Positions 27,213-36,494 of a DNA stretch of 64,000 nucleotides are shown one piece after another. The stretch covers positions 13,972-77,971 of the forward strand of contig JAFTUH010000044.1 in assembly GCA_017466375.1 (NCBI GenBank), read 5' to 3'. The DNA is from Clostridia bacterium. Its GTDB lineage: Bacteria > Bacillota > Clostridia > Oscillospirales > CAG-272. The position numbers were made by a program, and so were the translations under genes. Each line of letters begins with the position of its first letter. The stretch's first letter is position 1. The notes beneath the pieces are model-generated. The model was not told where the DNA came from. It saw nothing but the letters and a program-made list of their open reading frames with translations, and made no database searches.

Positions 27213-28341
27213 AACGAATTTCTCCTTCGATAATGGTTTTCTTGACACCGAAATTCGCATCGGTGATAATGATGTCTGCGTCCTTCCCTGCCTCAATCGA
27301 TCCCTTTTTGTCGGCAATGCCGATCGCTCTCGCGGGATTGAGCGATGCCGCATTGACAATTGCGTACAGCGGCATATCCGTGTGATCCATGAAATTCTTG
27401 ACAGCGGCGTTCAGCTTCAGTACGCTGCCCGCGATCGTGCCGTCCTCAAGCAGGCATTGAATGCCCTTCACGAACGTCTTCTGACCGCCGAGAGAATACT
27501 CACCGTCGGGCATACCGCCGGCACGGGTACAGTCGGTGATAAGCACGAGCTTGTCTGCTTTTGCCTTACCGATCAGCGAGAACAGACCGGGATGAACGTG
27601 AAACGTATCCGCGATCAGCTCGGTATAGACGTCAGCGGAAAGACCTGCGCCGACGACGCCGGGCTTGCGGTGATGCAGTCCTGTCTGCGCATTGAAGAGG
27701 TGCGTAACATGGGTAGCACCGCATGCAAACGCCTCCATAGCCTGCTCGTACGTCGCATCGGTATGACCGACGGAGACACGGACATCGCTGTTCTCTCGGA
27801 TTTTTCTGATCGCGTCAAAGCCGCCCTCCGTCTCGGGAGCGACCGTCACAAGCTTTATAATATCCTTATTGGCGATGATCCAATCGGCATCGAGCGGCTT
27901 GATATGCTCGCCTGCCTGCGCGCCTTTTTTATTGATGTTGATGAACGGACCCTCGGCATGCACACCGGCGAGGTATGCGCCCGACCACGTCTTGCTCTCC
28001 TCTTTCAGAGAACGGACGACGTTGAGTGCCGCCTCGATCTCCTGCATGGAGACAGTCATCGTCGTAGGGAGGAAGGTGGTGACACCGTTTTTCATGACGC
28101 CCTCCGCCATCTTGCGGATACCGTCGGCACTGCCGTCAGATGCGTCCTCATTCAGATAGCCGTGGATATGTACGTCGACCAAGCCCGGTGCCGCATAGCA
28201 TCCGCTCGCATCGATGATCTCAGCGTCGGCGGGGATCTCGTCTTCATTCACAAAGCCGATGATCGTTTCATCGAAAAGCAGTGCTTTTCCCTCTACGACC
28301 GCATCGGGCAGGATGAATTTTGCGCCTTTGATACATTTCAT
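27202..28341 (-). CDS. nagA: N-acetylglucosamine-6-phosphate deacetylase
   Basis: PGLVDVHIHG, HAEGPF, GHTDA, THLFNA, ITDC, IAGS. Confidence 0.92.
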   Translation of the reverse strand: MKCIKGAKFILPDAVVEGKALLFDETIIGFVNEDEIPADAEIIDASGCYAAPGLVDVHIHGYLNEDASDGSADGIRKMAEGVMKNGVTTFLPTTMTVSMQEIEAALNVVRSLKEESKTWSGAYLAGVHAEGPFININKKGAQAGEHIKPLDADWIIANKDIIKLVTVAPETEGGFDAIRKIRENSDVRVSVGHTDATYEQAMEAFACGATHVTHLFNAQTGLHHRKPGVVGAGLSADVYTELIADTFHVHPGLFSLIGKAKADKLVLITDCTRAGGMPDGEYSLGGQKTFVKGIQCLLEDGTIAGSVLKLNAAVKNFMDHTDMPLYAIVNAASLNPARAIGIADKKGSIEAGKDADIIITDANFGVKKTIIEGEIRYEA

Positions 28342-28576
28342 AAGAAAGCCTCCTTTACGGATTTTCTGTTTGATTCATTATAACACACGTCATCCGAAAA
28401 CACAATAGACCGCGACGAAAATTTTTATATTTTTTGGATTTTATGGGAGTGATGCACGCGCAAAAACCGCGCTAAATTGGATAAAATGCGTTTTAATTTA
28501 CAATATATCACACCCGTCGTATCAAAAACCGTGTGAAACCGTTTTTGAACAAACTGTAACATCTTATCTCTCCTGC

Positions 28577-28630
28577 TTGACAAATGTGTCTACATGCTGT
28601 AAACTATAATTGTCTACAAGCAATAGACAA
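28577..28630 (+). promoter_or_regulatory. blaI-like promoter with two BlaI/MecI/CopY-type operators
   Basis: TTGACA-N17-TAAACT. Palindromes GTCTACA-tgc-TGTAAAC (28588-28604) and TTGTCTA-caagcaa-TAGACAA (28610-28630). Confidence 0.75.
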
Positions 28631-28642
28631 GGAGGAGCAAAC

Positions 28643-29005
28643 ATGACTGATTACAGACTTGGTGCGGTGGAAGCGCGCTTTGCGGACATCGTATGGGAGA
28701 GAGCGCCGATCAGCACGGCGGATCTTGTGAAGATCTGTGCCGAGGAGCTGAACTGGAAGCGCACCACAACGTACACCGTTTTGAAACGGCTCGGCGAAAA
28801 AGGGCTGTTCCGGATGGAAAACGGCGTGGTGTCCGTATTGATCGCACGGGACGATTACTACGCGGCACAAACGGAAAAATTTGTAGAGGAAACATTCGAC
28901 GGTTCCCTGCCCGCGTTTTTAGCGGCATTCACCAAGCGCAAATCCCTGCGGGAGGAAGAGATCGCCGAGATCCGCAAAATGATCGACGACTGCGGAAAGG
29001 AGTGA
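28643..29005 (+). CDS. BlaI/MecI/CopY-family repressor
   Basis: WKRTTTYTVLKRLGEKG, FDGSLPAFLAAF; GGAGG RBS. Confidence 0.92.
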   Translation: MTDYRLGAVEARFADIVWERAPISTADLVKICAEELNWKRTTTYTVLKRLGEKGLFRMENGVVSVLIARDDYYAAQTEKFVEETFDGSLPAFLAAFTKRKSLREEEIAEIRKMIDDCGKE

Positions 29006-29009
29006 GGGT

Positions 29010-31637
29010 ATGTCTCTGGAATCCGTATTTCTGAAACTGGTCAACATGAGCCTGTCAGCAAGTTTTCTGATTCTTGCCGTCATGCTCGTGCGTCTTATCT
29101 TCAAAAAAGCACCGAAATGGATCATCTGCATTCTGTGGGGATGTGTAGCACTTCGTCTGCTGATCCCTTTCTCTATTGAAAGTTCCCTCTCCCTTCTGCC
29201 GAGCAGTGAGCCGCTCCCCGAAGAGATCCTCTACACCCCGGAGCCAATGATTGAAAGCGGTATTCCGCCGCTTGACGAACTGATAAATCCGATCCTCTCC
29301 GAATCGCTTGCACCCGTACCGGGAGACAGCGCAAATCCGACGCAGATTTGGTCGTTCATCCTCGCCGCGGCATGGGGCATCGGCATGGCGGCTCTTGTCA
29401 TTTACGCCGCAGTGAGTTATATCATTATCAAGAGGAAAGTGCGCGAATCCGTCCCGCTCAGGGACAACATCCGCCTATGCGATCGGATTCCCTCTCCGTT
29501 CATTCTCGGGGTGTTCCGTCCGACGATCTATCTGCCGTCCGAAATGAACGAAGCCGATGCATCTTACGTGATCGCGCACGAAAACGCGCATCTGGCGCGT
29601 CGGGATCACCTGTGGAAGCCGCTCGGGTTTGCGCTTTTGATCCTCCACTGGTTCAATCCCCTTGTATGGATCGGGTATATCCTGCTCTGCCGCGATATTG
29701 AGATCGCGTGCGATGAAAAAGTGATCGGCAAGATGGAAACGGAGGAGAAAAAAGAGTATTCCGAAGTTCTGCTTGCGTGCAGTGTGCACCGCAGGCTGAT
29801 CGCCGCGTGTCCTCTCGCGTTCGGTGAGGTGGGCGTGAAAGAAAGGATCAAAAACGTGCTGAATTATAAGAAACCTGCTTTCTGGATTATCGTTCTCGCG
29901 CTGATCGTGTGCGTCGTGACGGCGATCTGTTTCCTTACGAATCCGCCGTCCAATGTAGATGAGCGGCTTGCCGTGTTCCTTGACTGTCAGATTGCCGAGC
30001 ATCACCAAAATGAGCAGACGGGCGACAACTTCTGCGCACTGGATTATCAAGTGCTCGGAAAGCGCACGCGCGGCGATACCGTGACCGTCTATATGTGGGT
30101 GCTGTATGAAGAATTCAGTTTTGATCCCATGCTCGACGGTGGGGTGAAGAAGGAATCCGGCGCGCACACGGCGACCGTCATCACGGCGAAAAAAGACGGC
30201 GATCACTATACCTTGGTCGAATACTGGACACCGCGGGACGGCTCGTACTACGCTGACGACATCCGCGACAAATTCCCCCTGCGTATGTGGGCGGATGCGA
30301 TGGATTCGGAGAAGTTCTATAAGATCCAAGCGCCGCTCCTCGCTGAGATGGCGTATGAGCATTATACAGAAAATCCGCCCGTGACGGACAGCGGCGACAG
30401 CACGGATATCGCGAACGTCGGCGGTACGGATGTGCCTGCGTCCACAACCAAGAAACGAAAAATGACCATAAATGATGTACTCACCCTATCCGAAAAAGGC
30501 GACGATCTGACGTGGGAAGATTTCGCGCCGTTCAAAGGCTCGGATATGTACAATTACAGTATAGACGAAACTTTCTATTTGCGTATAAACGGAAGCTATG
30601 CAAACGAAAAGCCAACGGATGTCCTCTTGTGTGCCAAGGTAAATCTGGAGCCGCTGCGCAGTATTGATATTCGCAAGGAAGACGTTGCAGCGTTTGTGGC
30701 AGGGATAGAACCGCCCACACAACTGCGGCAAATGACGTTCGACGATGTGATTGCTCTTTCCAAAAAAGGCGATCAGTTGACGGTGCAGGATTTCAAACCG
30801 TTCACATGGGAATATACAGGGCTTTGGAATCCGGGGAATGTGGGTTGTTTCCCCATCAGTGACAGTTTCCGTTTGTATATAGGATACACGCCGGATTGCA
30901 CGCTGACATACGCCTACCTGTATGCCACCCTATATGACCAACGAATCGAAATCCGCACCGGGGATGTTGCCGCATTTATCGATAAGCACACTGCCCCGCC
31001 GACGCACGTACATTCGTTCACGGACGGACCGTACTATACAACACATATCGCCCTTGCTGTGACATCGCATGGAAATGTGATTGATCTACCCGCAAAGCAC
31101 CTGCGGTATCACGAGGTATACCGCGACTGCGCCGCGTGCGGATACACGGAATATCTCGGATGGGTGTACTGCGGAACGGGAAAAGGCTCAAAGTATACAA
31201 ACTGCACGGGAGGCTGCGCAAATACAAACCTATTTGACCACATAGCAACCAGAGTGGCAACAGAGGAGCAAGAAGCCGAGATCCGTTATTTGATCGATTC
31301 TATGGTAGAAGCAGGATTTGAGGATCTGTGGACATGCCTTCATGAGTGTCCGAACATCTATACCCGTCTGCTCGCCTACGACGATTTCACGCTCAGGTAT
31401 ATCTTCAAATGCTTCATTGAAGGCGGGCAGACAGGATTGCGCGGGGATATTCTCTGTGAACTTCTGAAGGCTCTTGATCCCGAGCACGTGCTCGCGCTGG
31501 ATGCGGACAACGGACAGATGTATTTCTCCGCGTGGGAAAACAGCGTAAAGCGTGTCCGAGATCAGCACGGCGACGCATGGATGGAGGAAAATTATCCGAC
31601 GGGGGCACTCCTTCTTCGGATGCTGAACATGCAATAA
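29010..31637 (+). CDS. BlaR1-like M56 peptidase sensor with novel extracellular domains
   Basis: N-terminal TMs, HENAH (HExxH), LHWFNPLVW, EIACDE. The C-terminal ~560 aa is not PBP-like; it has two internal repeats and a Cys-rich segment. Confidence 0.9.
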   Translation: MSLESVFLKLVNMSLSASFLILAVMLVRLIFKKAPKWIICILWGCVALRLLIPFSIESSLSLLPSSEPLPEEILYTPEPMIESGIPPLDELINPILSESLAPVPGDSANPTQIWSFILAAAWGIGMAALVIYAAVSYIIIKRKVRESVPLRDNIRLCDRIPSPFILGVFRPTIYLPSEMNEADASYVIAHENAHLARRDHLWKPLGFALLILHWFNPLVWIGYILLCRDIEIACDEKVIGKMETEEKKEYSEVLLACSVHRRLIAACPLAFGEVGVKERIKNVLNYKKPAFWIIVLALIVCVVTAICFLTNPPSNVDERLAVFLDCQIAEHHQNEQTGDNFCALDYQVLGKRTRGDTVTVYMWVLYEEFSFDPMLDGGVKKESGAHTATVITAKKDGDHYTLVEYWTPRDGSYYADDIRDKFPLRMWADAMDSEKFYKIQAPLLAEMAYEHYTENPPVTDSGDSTDIANVGGTDVPASTTKKRKMTINDVLTLSEKGDDLTWEDFAPFKGSDMYNYSIDETFYLRINGSYANEKPTDVLLCAKVNLEPLRSIDIRKEDVAAFVAGIEPPTQLRQMTFDDVIALSKKGDQLTVQDFKPFTWEYTGLWNPGNVGCFPISDSFRLYIGYTPDCTLTYAYLYATLYDQRIEIRTGDVAAFIDKHTAPPTHVHSFTDGPYYTTHIALAVTSHGNVIDLPAKHLRYHEVYRDCAACGYTEYLGWVYCGTGKGSKYTNCTGGCANTNLFDHIATRVATEEQEAEIRYLIDSMVEAGFEDLWTCLHECPNIYTRLLAYDDFTLRYIFKCFIEGGQTGLRGDILCELLKALDPEHVLALDADNGQMYFSAWENSVKRVRDQHGDAWMEENYPTGALLLRMLNMQ

Positions 31638-31705
31638 AAAAACGCGCCCTACGGTAACGCCTCAGGAATGGAAAAAGAGATTCTCATGAATCTCCTTTTC
31701 TGTGC

Positions 31706-31873
31706 CGGCATCATCAGGTGCCCTATTCAATGCGTGTCTGCTTTACGGCGGCGGACGGACCGCTTGCGTATTTGAACAGACGCGAATTTGCGGCGAAAAC
31801 GGAGAATATTCGCTTTCTTTCGCTATTCCCCGCAATACCGTTGAAAATAAAAGAAGCTGTGTCGCCGCTCTGA
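31706..31873 (+). pseudogene. 3' remnant of an RluA-family pseudouridine synthase gene
   Basis: RHHQVPYSMRVCFTAADGPLAYLNRREFAAKTENIRFLSLFP aligns with WQHQALYSCRVRFTVPSGPLAYLNDREFSAKQENIRFLSLFP at the end of 53286..54281. Confidence 0.8.
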
Positions 31874-31933
31874 ATGAACGGACGGCACAGCTTTTTTATG
31901 CAGATCAGTCTGCCATGGCGGCTCGGAAGCCCC

Positions 31934-32815
31934 TCAGCGGGACCGCAGTATGAGCTCCATAAAAGCTTTTGCCGCATAGGAAAGCGGCGCATTTTTCAAA
32001 TATGCACAGCCGATGTTTCTCCCCGGAAGCGGCGGATCGAGAGGTATCTTTCGAATCGTACCGCTTTTTAGTTCTTCGGTGGAAAATTGCTCGACAACAC
32101 AGGAAACGCCGAGATGAATGGAGGCAAACCGTATCAGCAAATCATGAACTGCCACCTCAATCTGCGGAGATAGTGATACGTCCTTTTCTGAGAAACGATC
32201 ATCCACAAAACGGCGCGAGGATGAGTTCTTTTCAAGCAGTATAAGCGGCAGCTTCGCGACCTCTTCCCACGAATAGGAGCTCTTTATATCATAATCGGGA
32301 CCGCAGACAAACACGTCGTTTATTTCAAGGCAGGGTTTGATGATAAGCTCATCATCTTCCAGAGGCATGTTTACAAACGCAAGGTCAGCTTTTCCTTCTT
32401 TGACGAGAGACAGCGTACCGGCCGAATAGGAATTTGCCATTTCTATTTTTATATCGGGATAGGAAGTGTGAAACTGTTCAAAATATTGAAGAAGGAAGTG
32501 TGTCGTTATCGTATCACCTGCGGCAATTTTCAACTCCCCCGATTCAAGATGACGTAGCTTTTCAAGCTGACTTTCGCCCTGTTCTATTGAATTGATTGCG
32601 CTTTCAACCTTCAGATAAAGAAACTTACCCTCGCTTGTGAGCGATATGCCTTTTCTCGTTCTCACAAACAACTGAACCCCAAGGTCTTTTTCAAGCTGCT
32701 GAATACACTGAGAAATGGCGGACTGCGATATATACAGGTGCTGTGCGGCGGTGGAAAAGGAATGAAAACGCGCCGTTTCGTAAAAAACACGGTAATAGTC
32801 AAGCTTGGTTTTCAT
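31934..32815 (-). CDS. LysR-family regulator
   Basis: SFSTAAQHLYISQSAISQCIQQLE..LGVQLFVR HTH. Confidence 0.95.
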   Translation of the reverse strand: MKTKLDYYRVFYETARFHSFSTAAQHLYISQSAISQCIQQLEKDLGVQLFVRTRKGISLTSEGKFLYLKVESAINSIEQGESQLEKLRHLESGELKIAAGDTITTHFLLQYFEQFHTSYPDIKIEMANSYSAGTLSLVKEGKADLAFVNMPLEDDELIIKPCLEINDVFVCGPDYDIKSSYSWEEVAKLPLILLEKNSSSRRFVDDRFSEKDVSLSPQIEVAVHDLLIRFASIHLGVSCVVEQFSTEELKSGTIRKIPLDPPLPGRNIGCAYLKNAPLSYAAKAFMELILRSR

Positions 32816-32942
32816 ATTAGATCCCCTTATAACCGTTGTAAGTATTATTTGCTTTACTTATGATAATATTTGTATTATAATAGTGTTATCAAAATATGTC
32901 AATAGACTGCGCAAAAGTTTTTATTATACGGAGGAAATTTTT

Positions 32943-34142
32943 ATGAGCAGAGTATATGGAACGGTATCCATGGGTCTTCGCGCACCGATCATCCGTCAAG
33001 GGGATGACCTTGCCAAAATCGTGACGGGCTGTGTCGTTGATGCCATGCATGAGGAAGGACTTGTCCCGAGAGACCGTGACGTGGTCTGCATGACGGAAGC
33101 AATTGTTGCCCGTGCACAGGGAAACTATGCAAGTGTGGACAATATTGCCAAAGACGTTCGTAATAAACTCGGCGGAGAAACGGTCGGCGTTATCTTTCCG
33201 ATTCTCAGCCGCAACCGCTTTGCCATCTGCCTGCGTGGTATTGCCAAGGGCTGCAAAAAGGTGGTTTTGATGCTGAGTTATCCGTCTGATGAGGTCGGCA
33301 ATCATCTCGTCGATATAGATTTGCTGGATGAGAAAGGCATCAACCCCTATACCGATGTGCTGACAGAAGAGAAGTGGCGTGAGCTTTTCGGTTATGTCAA
33401 GCATACCTTCACCGGTGTTGATTACGTAGAATATTATTCCAACCTGATCCGCGAATCCGGTGCGGATGTTGAGGTCATTTTTGCCAATGACTGCCGCGCA
33501 ATCCTCAATTACACCGGAAACGTTCTCTGCTGTGACGTTCACACCCGTGCACGCACAAAGCGCCTTTTGAAGAAAGCCGGTGCCGAGAGAGTGGTCGGTC
33601 TTGACGAGATTCTGACGGAATCTGTAGACGGAAGCGGTTATAATCCCCGCTACGGCTTGCTTGGCTCCAATAAGGCGACCGAAGATACCGTAAAGCTCTT
33701 CCCGGGCGAGGAATGTCAGGCTCTGGTTGAGGAGATTCAGAAGCAGCTTCTCGACGTGACCGGCAAGCATATTGAGGTTATGGTGTACGGTGACGGCGCA
33801 TTCAAGGATCCTGTCGGAAAGATCTGGGAGCTGGCTGACCCTGTTGTATCTCCCGCATACACCCCCGGTCTGGAGGGTACGCCGAATGAGTTGAAGCTGA
33901 AGTACCTTGCCGACAATGACTTCTCCGCACTGACCGGAAAAGAGCTGCAGGAAGCGATCAAAGGAAAGATCATGCAGAAGGACGGCTCCTCTCTTGTGGG
34001 TAATATGGCTTCCCAGGGCACGACGCCCCGCCGTCTGACTGACCTGATCGGTTCTCTTTGCGACCTAACCTCCGGCTCCGGTGACAAGGGTACTCCGATC
34101 GTATATATCCAGGGCTATTTTGACAACTATACGAACGAATAA
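32943..34142 (+). CDS. CofE-like (F420-0:gamma-glutamyl ligase family) protein
   Basis: GLRAPIIRQGDDL, TEAIVARAQGN, DLTSGSGDKGTPIV; divergent from LysR. Confidence 0.75.
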   Translation: MSRVYGTVSMGLRAPIIRQGDDLAKIVTGCVVDAMHEEGLVPRDRDVVCMTEAIVARAQGNYASVDNIAKDVRNKLGGETVGVIFPILSRNRFAICLRGIAKGCKKVVLMLSYPSDEVGNHLVDIDLLDEKGINPYTDVLTEEKWRELFGYVKHTFTGVDYVEYYSNLIRESGADVEVIFANDCRAILNYTGNVLCCDVHTRARTKRLLKKAGAERVVGLDEILTESVDGSGYNPRYGLLGSNKATEDTVKLFPGEECQALVEEIQKQLLDVTGKHIEVMVYGDGAFKDPVGKIWELADPVVSPAYTPGLEGTPNELKLKYLADNDFSALTGKELQEAIKGKIMQKDGSSLVGNMASQGTTPRRLTDLIGSLCDLTSGSGDKGTPIVYIQGYFDNYTNE

Positions 34143-34216
34143 ACTGACAGATACCGTAAATCCGGTGGTTATCCATTCATAAAAATATCGATTGCTCATA
34201 AATCCAGCGAAACAGT

Positions 34217-34254
34217 AAAACGCCACGGCGGAGAAATATCCGTTGTGGCGTTTT
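34217..34254 (+). terminator. Intrinsic terminator
   Basis: AAAACGCCACGGCGGA...TCCGTTGTGGCGTTTT. Confidence 0.6.
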
Positions 34255-34422
34255 GTCAAAAAATCAGCTGTGCCTGTGGCACAAAAGGTGTTTATATGAA
34301 AAAACCGTGGAGTTCAGCGGGATTCTCGATTGGACGGGGGAGACTGTGTGTGTGGAGTGAGCATACAATCCTATATATTACAAAGAAAAAAGTGAAAGCA
34401 GAAAGGAGCGAACAGCTGTACA

Positions 34423-35196
34423 ATGAATATGAAGAAAGAAAGCGAAAGGTTTGATCGAATGTCAGAATATTATGACAAGTTTCGGCCTGATTATCCTCAG
34501 GAAATCATTGATTCTATTGTCAGTCAGGCAAATCTTTCGAAAGGATCACGAATACTTGAGATTGGGGCAGGCAGCGGTAAAGCAACAACTCGGTTTGTTG
34601 ATTATGATTTCGAAATGCTGTGCCTTGAGCCGGGTACCAATCTTGTGAAAAAAGCAAACGAGCGATTCAAAGGAACGAATATCTTATTCACCAAAGCAAG
34701 ATTTGAAGAATATGATTTGCCAAACGAATATTTTGACGCAGTTATTTCCGGACAAGCATTTCATTGGATACCGAAACCGTTGGGTTATGAATTATGCCAT
34801 AAAACATTAAAATCCAATGGGTATTTCATGCCATTCTGGAATATAGAAATGATAGACGAAACACCACTTGATCGGGAGTTGCTTCAACTCTTTGAAAAAT
34901 ATAATGCTTTCACTGCGACAATTAAGCTTCAGGATTATTCAAACCGTGTAAATTCAATAATGGATAGTATAACATCGAGCTCGTATTTCAAAGGCATTGA
35001 TGTTATTAACGTGAGCCATTATAAAGATTATACGGCCGATGAATATTTTGGGTATATTATGACAGGTAATATATTTGTTCAAAACTCGACAGAATTAAAG
35101 CGCGAATGCTATAACAAGCTATGTGAGATTGCCGCAAAATATGGAAATATTAAGAGAGAGTTTATTTGCGAATTGTATATTGCAAGAAAAATATGA
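34423..35196 (+). CDS. Class I SAM-dependent methyltransferase (AT-rich)
   Basis: YDKFRPDYP, ILEIGAGSGKAT, FDAVISGQAFHW. Confidence 0.9.
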   Translation: MNMKKESERFDRMSEYYDKFRPDYPQEIIDSIVSQANLSKGSRILEIGAGSGKATTRFVDYDFEMLCLEPGTNLVKKANERFKGTNILFTKARFEEYDLPNEYFDAVISGQAFHWIPKPLGYELCHKTLKSNGYFMPFWNIEMIDETPLDRELLQLFEKYNAFTATIKLQDYSNRVNSIMDSITSSSYFKGIDVINVSHYKDYTADEYFGYIMTGNIFVQNSTELKRECYNKLCEIAAKYGNIKREFICELYIARKI

Positions 35197-35374
35197 TAGT
35201 GTCATTTGTGGTTTTTCGTGGCGCGTTTTATACTGTATCATCAAAGAAAAGGGCGCTCGAGCAAAACCGCTCCAACGCCGAATGTATTTGGTCAGCATCT
35301 ATGGTCTTTCGTGTGGTCAAGTTACTCCGCCATCACCTCATTTGGCAGAGCCCACCACAAATCCATCCGAAGGC

Positions 35375-35409
35375 AATCAAAACCACCGGCTTAACCGGTG
35401 GTTTTGATT
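35375..35409. repeat. Perfect 15-bp inverted repeat (IS200/IS605- or REP-like hairpin)
   Basis: AATCAAAACCACCGG-cttaa-CCGGTGGTTTTGATT. Confidence 0.6.
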
Positions 35410-35552
35410 AATATGGATCTTAAGAATTCAAAATATAAAAATTTTAGTTTGAAAACTCATTTTCTTTTATGTAGTCGATGAAAGCTCTGAGGCTTTTGGA
35501 TAGCCATTTGTTTTTGTGAAAGATGAGCTGTTTCCAAATTTCAATATTTGTA

Positions 35553-35650
35553 ATCAATCCGAAGGTTGATACACGCTGACGCGTGATGCCATACGCCTGC
35601 GGCGATTACATACACCCTGCGGGTGATTCCATGCCAATCCTTCGGATTGG
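35553..35650. repeat. Array of five mini-hairpins with conserved spacers
   Basis: ATCAATCC-GAA-GGTTGAT, CACGC-TGAC-GCGTG, CGCC-TGC-GGCG, CACCC-TGC-GGGTG, CCAATCC-TTC-GGATTGG; spacers ATGCCATA, ATTACATA, ATTCCATG. Confidence 0.7.
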
Positions 35651-35686
35651 ATAGAAAAAAGACCGTTCGAAAACGGTCTTTTTTCT

Positions 35687-35762
35687 TGGTCTGAGTGACT
35701 GGACTTGAACCAGCGGCCTCTACCACCCCAAGGTAGCGCGCTACCAACTGCGCCACACCCAG
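35687..35762 (-). tRNA. tRNA-Pro(GGG), left copy
   Basis: CTGGGTGTGGCGCAGTTGGTAGCGCGCTACCTTGGGGTGGTAGAGGCCGCTGGTTCAAGTCCAGTCACTCAGACCA; followed by terminator AAAAAAGACCG...CGGTCTTTTTT. Confidence 0.95.
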
Positions 35763-35915
35763 ATTGTCCTTGCGACCCGTATATTATAGCACACAAATCC
35801 ATTTTCTTGTATATTACAACCTAAATTCTTTCTCACACACCATTGAGAATCTGTACGATTTCAACGGTGTGTGTTTTTCTTTGTATAATTGCTTTCGATT
35901 ATGAAAAACGAGTTC

Positions 35916-35959
35916 TGCGTAACAAACTGCGTAGCAAATTTAAGTATATTGCGTAGCAA
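35916..35959. repeat. Putative integrase arm-type sites (left)
   Basis: TGCGTAACAAA (35916), TGCGTAGCAAA (35928), TGCGTAGCAA (35950). Confidence 0.65.
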
Positions 35960-35981
35960 GGTGAAATATTATTAATACGCT

Positions 35982-36494
35982 TTAGATATGTTGAATTAAT
36001 TCAACGAACTTGTATTTATTTCGGGAGATTTGTTGATTTTTGTCGATGATATCCTCTACATTTTCTGGAAACTCAGAAAAATTAAATATAACACGATTTC
36101 CAGTCAATCGCATTGAACCCTCGTAATCAAAGAAGTTTGAAAAAGCATTTAAAACTCGAATTATTTCTTTTTCAAAATCAATCCATTTGATATCTTTGGC
36201 GACAGAATTACAGAAATACTTAATCCACATATTATCTTTAATACATGATATTAAGTTATCCATTTTTTCATTTTGTAAAGGCGTTGCATCATAGATAATT
36301 TTGTGTTTTTGATAGCATTCTTTAATAAACGGATCTCTTTCCTGAAGTTCTTCATTTCCAAAAACCTTGCCAACAGTATTGAACGTTTCATCGTATTTTT
36401 CTGATAAAAATCTAATGGTATTCAAAAAATTAATGTATCCGGTTGGAAATTTATGATGTAAATCATGTCCGTTTCCTACAAGAAAAACATTCAT
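35982..36494 (-). pseudogene. AbiH-family abortive-infection gene, probably truncated
   Basis: MNVFLVGNGHDLHHKFPTGYINFL matches the AbiH N-terminal GNGFDL.H..PT.Y..F motif; also WIDFEKE. Only 170 aa, AT-rich. Confidence 0.7.

Noticed and set aside
35541-35802. Small ORFs overlapping tRNA-Pro (also 52813..53136)
   Set aside because: Spurious translations of the tRNA and adjacent hairpins.
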